A stretch of 64,000 bases of DNA from Paraspadella gotoi (taxonomy: Eukaryota; Animalia; Chaetognatha), in NCBI GenBank assembly GCA_051294375.1, contig CM119269.1:20817665-20881664 (forward strand), in the 5' to 3' direction. Both the position numbers and the translations under genes were made by a program. Positions 54,001 through 64,000 of this stretch are shown here, in pieces (the stretch's first letter is position 1; the number at the start of each line of letters is the position of its first letter). The notes under the pieces were generated by a model. The model saw only the letters and a list, made by a program, of their open reading frames with translations. It searched no databases and had not been told where the DNA came from.

Positions 54001-55762
54001 AGAGTACAGCTGGAGAGATGAAAAGGATCATGACGACGAAGACGACAACGATGATCACGATGACAACGACAACGATCACGCCGGCGGCGCCATTTTGTTT
54101 TCTGAGCTCGCAAACTTTTTTTCCGGGAAAAAATATTTCTCGGAGAAGAAAGAAAGTTTCCCTCACGTCTTGCGTATTTTTTTAGTTGTGGAAAAAAAAA
54201 ATAAAAAAATGACTTTTTTGAAAGGCAACTTTCATTCATGGAAACGCGGGAGGAACATTTAACCAAAACCTTGTAGGGATTTTTAAATACTAATTACTAG
54301 ATTCTTTTAACGTCATCTCATGCACTGTTAGTATAATGATTAAAAAGTTTAATTTCATAATGGAGTGCAGTGCAAAAAAAGAAATTTATAAATTTTCCAT
54401 ATATTTCGACATAAGTTTCTATGTCATCTTCAGTGGAAGAAAAAGAATTAACAAACAAAACTTTTACAAAGTAAGAAATAGAGAAATAAAGAGAGAGAGA
54501 CACAATAACAATGAAAAGGCTAAAGACTAAATGACCTTAAAGTGGTCAGAAGAACCCAAAAATGGTTGGCCCCTCACCCCTTCATAAGTCATTAAAGACA
54601 CAGTTCCACGCGTCAGTTTTTTTTACTAGATATTTTGATAAATCTTTCAACGTTTCCAATTGTTTTTTTATATTAAATCTTTTAGTTTCCATGATTATTC
54701 TTTCTCTTTCCCCTTTCACTCTTCCTTGTTTCAGCCCAGGTTTTTTTTTTTTTTTGTTCCAGCGGTCACACGAGATTAAAAAGTTTAATCAAACGAAGAG
54801 AAATAATTAAACTCTATTGAAGAGAGAAAAGATTTAATTAAGGAAGAGAGAAGGAAGAGATATGAAAAGAGAACTTTACTCAACGCCCATTTCCTCGGGG
54901 AAAAATTGATAATGTAGCTTCAATATGTATTATATTTCTCCTAGCGAAATTTAGAGCTCGTTATTAAAGAGAAAACAACATTTATTTGTTTACAAACAAC
55001 GGGTTATTTATTCTCCCCCACTCTAATTTTTTCGAGTTTTTATCTGCGCGTAGTGAAATTTTGGTCTTTTTGTCCCCCAAATAATAATTCTTGATTCCCA
55101 GACAGAGCTAGAGAACTTTAATCTAAGTTGGGTGAATTTATTTAGCTCGTAAAAGGGAGTTGTTTAAAAGAAGTAATGTTTTTATTCATTTTCAAGAAGT
55201 AATGTTGAAATAGAAAAGTAAGGTTTGAGCACAACAGAGAGACGTGAAAATTAGCACGGAAGAAATTGAAGAATAATGGACGCAGCGAGAGAGAAACTCA
55301 GAAAGGTGAATGGCGCACGATAAATAAGCATGAAAGTTTAAATTAAAATAAAAATAATAAACCTTTGAAATTCCGTAACTTAAACTACAAGTATAATTGA
55401 AAAGAGGAAAGAGAAAGACAAGAAATAAGGGTTAAAAAAATATATATATGTATCCGAATTTTATCATCTTTAATGCCCAATTTTTTTTATTAAATTTGTA
55501 CAATAAAAACTACAACAACAACAACAACGCGGCGATCGTTCCCACGACAACCACAACAACGATAAAGATTAGATGTTTTTTTTTTTTTCGTTCTCGTCTC
55601 AAATAGTTTATTATCTCATAAAAAATACATCTATCGGAAATCATTTTTATCCCCGCGTTGAGGCGACGGGGTTTCAGGGCGGAGATGAAGATAAGAATAG
55701 AACGGAGTCAAAGTGGGAGGAGGAAAATGCAGTGAGAAAATTGCTCGCAGGTTTTCTTTATC

Positions 55763-55890
55763 TTTTTAGTTGCGCCGCGAGTAATCGCGGAGCAACTCTA
55801 TAAGACACTTTTCGGTCGGTTTGTCCGTCGGTCCGTCGGTCGGTATGTCTGTCCGTCAGTCTGTCCCACCTACTAGGTGGCACCTAGGTT
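55763..55890 (+). mobile_element. DINE-1/Helentron-like (HINE) element end
   Basis: TTTTT-AGTTGC-g-CCGCGA-gtaa-TCGCGG-a-GCAACT nested hairpin, then ctataagacact, a (GTCN)n microsatellite, and the hairpin ctaggtg-g-cacctag. Confidence 0.6.
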
Positions 55891-56260
55891 AAAAATGCAT
55901 ATGATTTGCCTATACTTGGTTGCTCTTTGGTTCAGACAGAAAAAAACCTTAAATCTAAGGGACTGCAAGCGCCGCCTTCAGGAAATCCTACAACTAAAAG
56001 GAATAAAAGACAGAATTTTGATGCAGTGCAGGTCATAAATACACGAACTAGGAAAGTTATTGTAGTCATGAAGTCATATTATGTCAGGTCTCCTTCTCCT
56101 ATTTGCTCCTTTCCTTCTTCCTGTCTCTTTCCTTTCCTTCATTAACTCCTTCTACATTCCTCTTTCCATCGTTTAATGATTCCCTTTTCATTTCCTCCCA
56201 ACCCTTTTTCTGCTCCCTCCCTCGTTCTACCCTCCTACCCGGCCCTCCTCCTCTCCGCAG

Positions 56261-56419
56261 CTGGAATTGCAGCGAGGATTCCGGCGGCTGCGCCGAGACG
56301 GCGATGGCCTCGTGGTCGCAGTACGATCCCCTTTCGACGGGACTCATCATCTCGGCGATGTTTCTCCTCGCGCTCCTCACCACCGGAGGGAACTTGCTCG
56401 TCATTCTCGCTTTTTGCAG
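56261..56419 (+). CDS. Aminergic GPCR (H3/H4-like), coding exon 2: TM1
   Basis: Acceptor ctccgcag|. Reads WNCSEDSGGCAETAMASWSQYDPLSTGLIISAMFLLALLTTGGNLLVILAFC with the TM1 motif GNxLV; phases 2/2 match the neighbouring exons. Confidence 0.93.
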
Positions 56420-57354
56420 GTTCTTGCTTTTTTGTTGTTGTTGTTGTTGTTGTCTTCATCGGTTGTTGTCGTTGTTCATGTGGTCTTCGTCGTCGTTCTT
56501 GATGTTGTCGTGGTTGTTGTTGTTAATATTGTTGTTGTTGTTTTTTCTTTTCGATTTAGACTATTAATATCATCAAGGCGATTTTTACAAGTGTATTTTC
56601 ACTTAATGTTTAATTTTTTAATTTCCTTTTTTATCATTTATTTCAAGTTTTACTCATATTAAGGATCATTAATTTTTATTATGGTAAGACAACTTACTGT
56701 ATTGTAGTATGTTTCTTTGCTTTTTATTTCCGTCGTGAAGTTTTGCTCCTCTTTTAATGATACATCTTTTTTATAAACTGACCTTTTCTTTCTCACCTTT
56801 TCCCGAAAACAGCAATAACAACAATAACAACAACAACGGCGAAAAAAAAAGAAATTCATTTTTTCTTCAACTTTGACGAGATTAGTTTCATTCGTGACGA
56901 AAAGAGACAGCGAAATCAAAACTGTTTCGACGAGTACATTTCGACAACCACAACCTCAACTATAATCGCTTCGACAACAACGACGACAACAACTTTTCAC
57001 GCTATCACAAACTCCAGCCTTGTATTTACTTCTTCTTCATGTGCGACCGGTCTTTCTTCGTCGTCGTCATCGTCGTCGTTGTGTTCTCGCCAACATTAAA
57101 GTTTCCATCATCTCCGTCATCATTGTTGCAGTGATTGTCATCTCTTATTCGTCATTGTCATTGCTCCCTCGTCCTCAATTTGTCATTGTCATTGTCTACA
57201 GTATCGTCGTCGTTATCATCGTCGTCCTAACTTTCATGGATGTCGTCGCGGTCTTCGACATTGTCTTCGGCATCGTCGTTTTTTTTTTTCGTTGTTCGTC
57301 GTCGTCTTCAACGACTTCGTCCTTGGCGTCTTCGTCGTCAGTGTCGTCGTCATT

Positions 57355-57389
<35 letters not shown>

Positions 57390-58380
57390 AAATTCAGGGT
57401 CCCTTTTCCTTTCCTCTCGCTTCGCTTCTTTTCCCATAAGGTCGTCGCTATTTTCCTTACACACTTAACTCGCTTGATTTACACACACTTTTCGTATTAC
57501 CATCAAGGCAAAAAAATATATCACATTTTTAGTGGAGGATAGGTACTTAAAAAAATTATTGGATTTAAAATAAATCAGAATGTTTCAGAATCAATATTAA
57601 ATTTATTTTTTCAGTAACTTCCTTTCATTTTTTTTTTGTAGCTCCAGTCATTTAGAAGTTACAGGCAAAAAAACATTGCTTCCTCAAGGGAAAAATAATA
57701 AAAAAAAATTACATTTAGTTTTTTACTATTTTTAGTATTATATTATTTGTTATTATTTCAAATTGAGTTAATTATTTTTTGTATTTTTTAATTTGGCTAT
57801 GCTAAAGGTACCGTATCTTTCTTTGGTTCATAAAGGTGCTATTGTAACTTAGAAAACAGGGAAAGATGCAAAACTGTAGTTGCAAAGCTGAAAAGAATTG
57901 CATTAAGTGTATGGAAAAATATCTTACCATAATAATCATATACTTCCATTCGCTGTATGAGGGCATATTCAGAACAATATAAGTAGTAATCAATACTATA
58001 CTAAGTCAATATACTAAATATTAAGTATGTTTATATTTTTATTGAATAAATAACTTTTTAACGATTATGTGATATACTTTTTGCCTAGATGGTACTAACT
58101 TTCTTTTCCTACGCCACCGTGCAACTTTTATTTTCTCATTAGCGCCACTTCCGGTTCACACTCTTTCGAAGTTACTCCTTTTTCACAGCTTGGCTTTCAC
58201 TCCTCCTCAGTCCTCACATTCTTTCACCACCGCCAGCGCCGGCTCCAACACCCGCCGCATTCTAACGGGCGTCGTTGATCTATGTACGGGAACCGGATCT
58301 GTAGTCGATCTTTAAGTCCCTCGCCACCGATTTTGACGACGGACGAAAGGGTTCGTGAAAGGAGGGTCTGATCTGAGGAA

Positions 58381-58394
58381 AGGTCAACAGGTCA
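58381..58394 (+). promoter_or_regulatory. Perfect DR2 nuclear-receptor element (AGGTCA-ac-AGGTCA) in GPCR intron 2
   Basis: Exact motif, with a third AGGTCA at 58416-58421, in a GC-rich island. Function unproven. Confidence 0.3.
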
Positions 58395-58519
58395 AACTGA
58401 GTGGGGGATGAAGAAAGGTCAAGAAAGGGCCCAAGGGCTGGGATGGAGTTTCAAATCGGTTCAAAGAAGGATCATTGTATTATATAATACAATATAATAC
58501 AATACAATATAATATTATA

Positions 58520-58787
58520 CAATTGAAACATTCTTTGAAATATTTTCCACTTCATTGATAGGGAAGCCAGGTACTCTGGGAGTGAATAAACGGGACTGTG
58601 AGAGAGTCTTGTTTGAAAGCTTGCAGGGACCTGCTATGTCATTATCTTGTAAGAGTGATGGAGGCCTTAAACCACCAAAGCCTGTCCAAAGTCAGGGGCA
58701 AGATAGCTTATTTATTAAATGAATGGATAATTTTTATATTGGTTGTACCAATTTCATAATAATATTGGTTGTACCAATTTCATAATG
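58520..58787 (+). mobile_element. Complete copy of the ~200-bp dispersed repeat family
   Basis: Near-identical to 22969-23160. Preceded by (ATACA/ATATA)n; ends in a tandemly duplicated small hairpin, attggt-tgt-accaat. Confidence 0.85.
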
Positions 58788-59084
58788 AATTAAAGAAGAG
58801 AACACGGGCAATTAAATCAAATAGCAGGAATCAAGGTGGTGGGGTTAAAATTATTTTCTAAAGTGGAAAGATACGTAGGTGGTGTGGATGAGACACGGAC
58901 TCGAGAAACTTAAAGATTTTCTTAGTTTTTTTCAGGGAAGTTTCAGAATTTTATCTCAATTAAAATCAATTTTTAAAATCTCACAGAACGGGAGACTTTT
59001 CAAACGCTTTTCATTGCCGTCGTGAAGATTCTAATTCTGAATGTTAATTAATATTTTCCATTCATTAGATAACTTAACCTTATA

Positions 59085-59484
59085 TCCCGAAATCGCCCCA
59101 TTTATGTTCCTAATTTCTAAATTAAATTTTAACCTTAAGATCATACCCTAATATTTTTAAAAAAATATTCCCTAACCCTTATTCTTAATTATAATCATAA
59201 TCCCCAACCCTAAACTACAACTTTTTTTGGTAATTACCAAATCTAATTTCAAATACTAATCTTTAACCAAATCTTCAATCTAACTCCTAACCTTAATTCT
59301 TAACCTAATTCTTAACTAAATCTTTATCTTACCTAATTTTTAAACGCAAAGTACTGTTGCGCTGATGAAGACTTACATCTGAGTCGAAACATGTCTTGTT
59401 TACATATTAACATCATCATTATTAAAAAAATATAATTCGTTTTTATTATTCTAAAATTAAGCGGAAATGGGGCGATTTTCGAGA
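59085..59484. mobile_element. MITE with ~19-bp TIRs and telomere-like (TAACCY)n interior
   Basis: tcccgaaatcgccccattt ... aaatggggcgattttcgaga; degenerate taaccc/taacct array inside. Confidence 0.6.
59362..59395 (+). ncRNA. Minimal hammerhead ribozyme motif with intact catalytic core
   Basis: CTGATGA-a-GACTTA-catc-TGAGTC-GAAACATGTC: 6-bp stem II including one G.U pair, tetraloop, palindromic helix III, GUC cleavage site. Stem I is weak. Confidence 0.65.
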
Positions 59485-59672
59485 ACATGGCCGATAATTT
59501 CGTGACGACAATAATTAGCGAAAAAGAAGCGGAGCTCGATTCTTCTCTCCGCTGATCTTCAGGTTCCCGAGATTCCCTAATCAAATGAATGTCTAAAAAA
59601 CAAGGCACAGTTCTTGTCCTCCGTTGACAAAGAGGTTTTTTCCTGACGGTAAATCGAGAAAGAGAGAGAGAC

Positions 59673-59723
<51 letters not shown>

Positions 59724-60034
59724 CCGAAAACAATTTGTTCCGGACGAAGTGGAGAGTGAAATCTCTCGTTTGTTTTAATGAAAGGAGAAAAACAACGAGA
59801 GGAAAACAGCTACAAAAAACAACAACAGCGACAAAGACGACGACGACGACGACGTGTACGACGACGACGAGGAGGACCGGGCGTTTTATTCGTTAGTGCT
59901 TTTGTTTGTAGCGTCAGAAGAAAAAAAATTATTCGAATCCGAATGGTCTCACGTAGCAATAGTAAACTAAGGAGGTCATATCAACAATTGCTTTTTTTTA
60001 GGACGCCTCAGTTTTTCCGGTCTAGGTCTTTCTT

Positions 60035-60072
<38 letters not shown>

Positions 60073-60105
60073 CTCTCTCCTCTCTCTCTCATCTCTCTCT
60101 CTTCT

Positions 60106-60184
<79 letters not shown>

Positions 60185-60339
60185 GCCTTTATCCATCCTT
60201 CATAGAAAACAATCATAAATTCAAATGTTCTGCCGCATGCGGAATCCGTATGCGAGTTTCCAGAAATTGATGAAAGCCTCTGCTTTAAATAAAACCTTTT
60301 AACACTGACGACTACTGAATTACGTAGTTTTGTTCTTGT

Positions 60340-60382
<43 letters not shown>

Positions 60383-60439
60383 AATTCTCGTTCACTCTAA
60401 TCATTTTTGTACTTTTTCTCCTCGTCCCCCCTCCCTCAG

Positions 60440-60549
60440 AGACAAGCGATGCCAAACTTATTCCAACTTTTTCATCTTCAATCTCGCATGCGCTGACCTC
60501 ATCTGCGGCTGCATCGCCATCCCGCTCTACTGCCCCGCTCTTCTTGCAG
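60440..60549 (+). CDS. Aminergic GPCR (H3/H4-like), coding exon 3: ICL1-TM2
   Basis: Acceptor ccctcag|. Reads (R)DKRCQTYSNFFIFNLACADLICGCIAIPLYCPALLA with the NxFxxNLAxAD motif; phases 2/1. Confidence 0.95.
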
Positions 60550-61099
60550 GTGCAATGTCCTGAATATCGGGGGCATTTTTGACGAATGGCTTCGCTGTGA
60601 ACATTTCATGAAATATATGTCACCGCAGAGAGAAAAGTAAAAGTCGAACGTAAGGCGTGACGATTTATAGAGGCATCATTAAAAGTGCGCAGTCGGAATC
60701 ATTTAAACTGGTTTTGCTCACTTCGGGCCTTCCTTTGTTTGGCGGTCGCCTCTAAAATATTAAATACATAAAGACATAAAAGAAAGAGATCGTTTTCTCC
60801 GCCGACGTCGCCTTCGGTGATCGTTGTCAAGGGAAATCAAACTCATCTCATTCTTCACTATTATTCCTGAGGAGGACGAACGAGGGAAAAGTCTCTTCTA
60901 GTTTTCGGCGAATTTTGCTCGAAAATTGTTCTTTTCAATCTTTTAACGAGAGCTTTTCACGTGAAAAGTATTTGGAAAGTCTGCCTTTAACTTAAAGTCT
61001 GCCTTTAACTTACACAGTGACACACTCACTGTCTGTCTATCTGTTCCTCGTTCTGTCTGTCTTTTATTTTCTTTTTTCGCTCCTAAGTATAATTTTTTA

Positions 61100-61130
<31 letters not shown>

Positions 61131-61137
61131 GTCCTCT

Positions 61138-61185
<48 letters not shown>

Positions 61186-61345
61186 TAACCCATCCTTATC
61201 ATCGTCTGAAAGTGAAATATTTCCCTTTTCCTCCGAAAACGAACCATATTTCTTCGTCCACGTCTTTAATGAAATCGTCCCCTGGCGTTCATGAAGGTTG
61301 AATTTTGCGTCTTTGACGTAGTGACGTAGAGTTTCTGAGAGAGAG

Positions 61346-61413
<68 letters not shown>

Positions 61414-62054
61414 CTATAAATTTTTAAAAATTTGATCCAATATGGTCTGCCGTCTTACTCAGTTTGCTAGTAAAGGACGATGAAAAAAAATTGTGAGAGA
61501 TGAAAAATGTGAAGAGATGAAAAATGTGATGAGAGAAAAAAATGTGATGAGAGGAAGAAAAGGAGATAGAAAAGAAAGAAAAAATAGGAAAAATAGAAAA
61601 AAGGCGAAGAAAAGAGAAAGAAGAATCTGGAATAACATAGACGGTCAACAACGACGACGACAGCGACGCCACAAGACGTTAATATCAAAAAACAACAACA
61701 AAGAGGCCAACGACGGCGCCAACGAAGACTTACGGTGCCAACGACGGCGATGGGCAGATTTCGCTCCGATTGAAAAGAGAAGGGTATTGGTCTACCGACG
61801 CTGACGCCGCCGCCGCCGCCGTCGCCGCCGCTGCCGAAGCCGCCACCATTGTCAACATTTCCTCAAGACGGACATGAGAGTGAAAGGAAACCGCGAACCG
61901 GGAGAAATTCTTTTGAAATAAAAACCAGAAAAAATAAACAAACAAAAAAATATATATTTTCGAAGGCTTCAAGAACATAAAAGTCTGCGTAAAAATCAAT
62001 TGAACTTGTCAAACTCTAACAGACAGTCGGACATGCGAAAAAAGCGTAAAAAAA

Positions 62055-62193
62055 AAATTAATTAATTAATTAATAAATTAATAAATAATATATAAATAAA
62101 TAATTTTAAAAAATAAATACATAAATTTAGAAAAAAATAAATTAAATTAAAAAATAAATAAATAAATGATTAAATAAATGATTAAATAAATGA

Positions 62194-62291
<98 letters not shown>

Positions 62292-62322
62292 ATATTTAAA
62301 TAAATAAATAAGTAAATAAAAC
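62055..62322 (+). repeat. (TAAA)n microsatellite
   Basis: Seen directly. Confidence 0.95.
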
Positions 62323-62688
62323 AATCTTGGCGACTGCACGACTTGGTGCCATCAACAATCTCCGTTTTATTCTCGCAATATAATAGACTCGAATCGCCCC
62401 CGTTGCAAACAAAAGGCTAAGCTTCTCTGTCTTGGCGGTCAGCGAGAAAGGATAAGATAGGCCAATAAAGAGAACCCGACGACGACGACGACGACGACGA
62501 CGACGATCTCAATTTAACTACAGGACACGAAGCGCGACCACCCTCGTTGGGTCAAATTAAGTAACGGATTTTACATTAGGTTATTTGTTTTACATCCTCG
62601 GTAACTCGCTACCTGATAATCGAAAAAAGCTAAAAAAAAAACAATGAGGTTATGATGATGATAACGCCAATAATGATAAAGATTATGG

Positions 62689-62880
<192 letters not shown>

Positions 62881-62913
62881 CGCTAATGATGACACTGATT
62901 CCTCTGATTCCAG

Positions 62914-63056
62914 GCTACTGGGTCCTCGGGCGTGAGCTCTGCGTGGTCTGGCTCATCGTCGACTTTCTCATCGGATCTGTTTCCGTTTTCTCGATCGCGC
63001 TCATCACTTTGGATCGATATTGGCTCGTCACCAAAGCCTTGGAATACAGATCGCAG
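62914..63056 (+). CDS. Aminergic GPCR (H3/H4-like), coding exon 4: ECL1-TM3-DRY (gene continues beyond the window)
   Basis: Acceptor ttccag|. Reads (G)YWVLGRELCVVWLIVDFLIGSVSVFSIALITLDRYWLVTKALEYRSQ, with C3.25, the amine-binding D3.32 and DRY. Donor cag|gtgaag; phases 1/0. Confidence 0.96.
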
Positions 63057-63606
63057 GTGAAGATATTTCTCGATCCCGTCTGTCTGTCTGTCTGTCTGTC
63101 TTTCTCTCCTCCGTGGATCTATATTGCCTCTTCGACAAAGACTAGGATAAAATACTAACCTGGTAAAGATATTTGTCAGTCTGTGTTGTCCGTTTGTCAA
63201 TTCTTTGCTCTTTCGACCGGGTCAATCGCAAATGTGGGCGAAGTATGAAATCGAGTCATGGGTTACGAAATTTGAGTATGGCCGGTAAGGGACGCGAGCT
63301 ATGCAATACGCACATGGACAATAAAGTGAGATATGAGTCACGGTTGGGTCAGGGAGTCGCACAGGGCTACCTAAGAAAGAAAGAAGCAGCATTACGAACT
63401 CGAGCCTCGCAGTAATGAGGTGATTTGGTGACAAGGTGATGAGCTGATCACGTGATCAGGTGTTCATCGCGCTATCGACTTTTCACGGAAGATCGGATTC
63501 GCAGCGACGATAAATGGATTTTTCCCGCGTCGACTCGAATAACGACGACGAAGCAGAATCGCCGCATCCGTTGGACGAGAAACAAAAGCGCGGAAGGATA
63601 AATCCC

Positions 63607-63735
63607 TCCGTTTAAATCTTTACGTGTAAATCCTTCCATTCAAATATTTCTTTTAAAATCCTTTCATTTACATACTTTCGTTTAAATCCTTCTTTCTGAA
63701 TCCTTTTCCGTTTAAAATACTTTGCTTTAAAATTT
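63607..63735 (+). repeat. Degenerate ~14-bp minisatellite (ccgtttaaatcctt)
   Basis: About nine diverged units of ..tttaaatcctt. Confidence 0.55.
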
Positions 63736-64000
63736 AAATCTCGTTACTTTGGGAGACGGTTTAAAGATTTATTTAAATAAAGAGAAACATGTTCGTCTTT
63801 ATTTAAATAAATTGTTGTTGCCAATATTTAAACAGTCTCCCAAATCTATAACCCAACAAAAAAGAAAGGATTTTCACATAATGTCTAAAATCCCTTTACT
63901 TAAATCCTTGAATAGATGAATCATGACGATGTCTACCATCGAAGGAGTATCAAGCCACCAAAAGCAAATCGGATCGGAGACTCGGGCGATCTCCGCGGAA

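Noticed and set aside
53867-54262. Poly-Glu ORF (MKEEDEEEE...)
   Set aside because: A (GAA)n microsatellite inside GPCR intron 1, not needed for the in-frame gene model.
57530-58120. Possible hAT-like TIR pair (agtggaggatagg / cctacgccac)
   Set aside because: Poor match and no target-site duplication.

Overview
AT-rich eukaryotic genomic DNA, most likely from an invertebrate animal (inference). It is full of microsatellites ((CT)n, (GAC)n, (CAT)n, (CCGA)n, (TAAA)n), has six N-gaps, and carries many small indels that look like long-read consensus errors. Almost all ORFs in the supplied track are microsatellite artefacts; the real genes are spliced. Genes: (1) the first four coding exons of a minus-strand aldo-keto reductase (AKR1 family) at 1-1249; (2) four phase-consistent exons of a plus-strand aminergic class A GPCR closely resembling histamine H3/H4 receptors (46846-63056, continuing beyond the window); (3) a weaker candidate small secreted EGF-like protein at 2747-3960; (4) GC-rich minus-strand exon candidates at 43.4-44.5 kb. 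Mobile DNA: a decayed LINE (ORF1 zinc knuckles, APE, RT; ~28.4-33.4 kb), a hAT MITE with an 8-bp TSD and its empty site, a Kolobok-type TTAA element, Helentron/DINE-like ends, telomere-like MITEs, and a dispersed ~200-bp repeat that forms a 150-bp hairpin in one place. A ~5-6 kb block containing GPCR exon 1 occurs twice, with a different transposon insertion in each copy (probably two haplotypes or a gap-filling artefact). The most notable hidden signal is a family of dispersed minimal hammerhead-ribozyme motifs (CTGATGA-stem-GAAACATGTC) of the type associated with Penelope elements and retrozymes.
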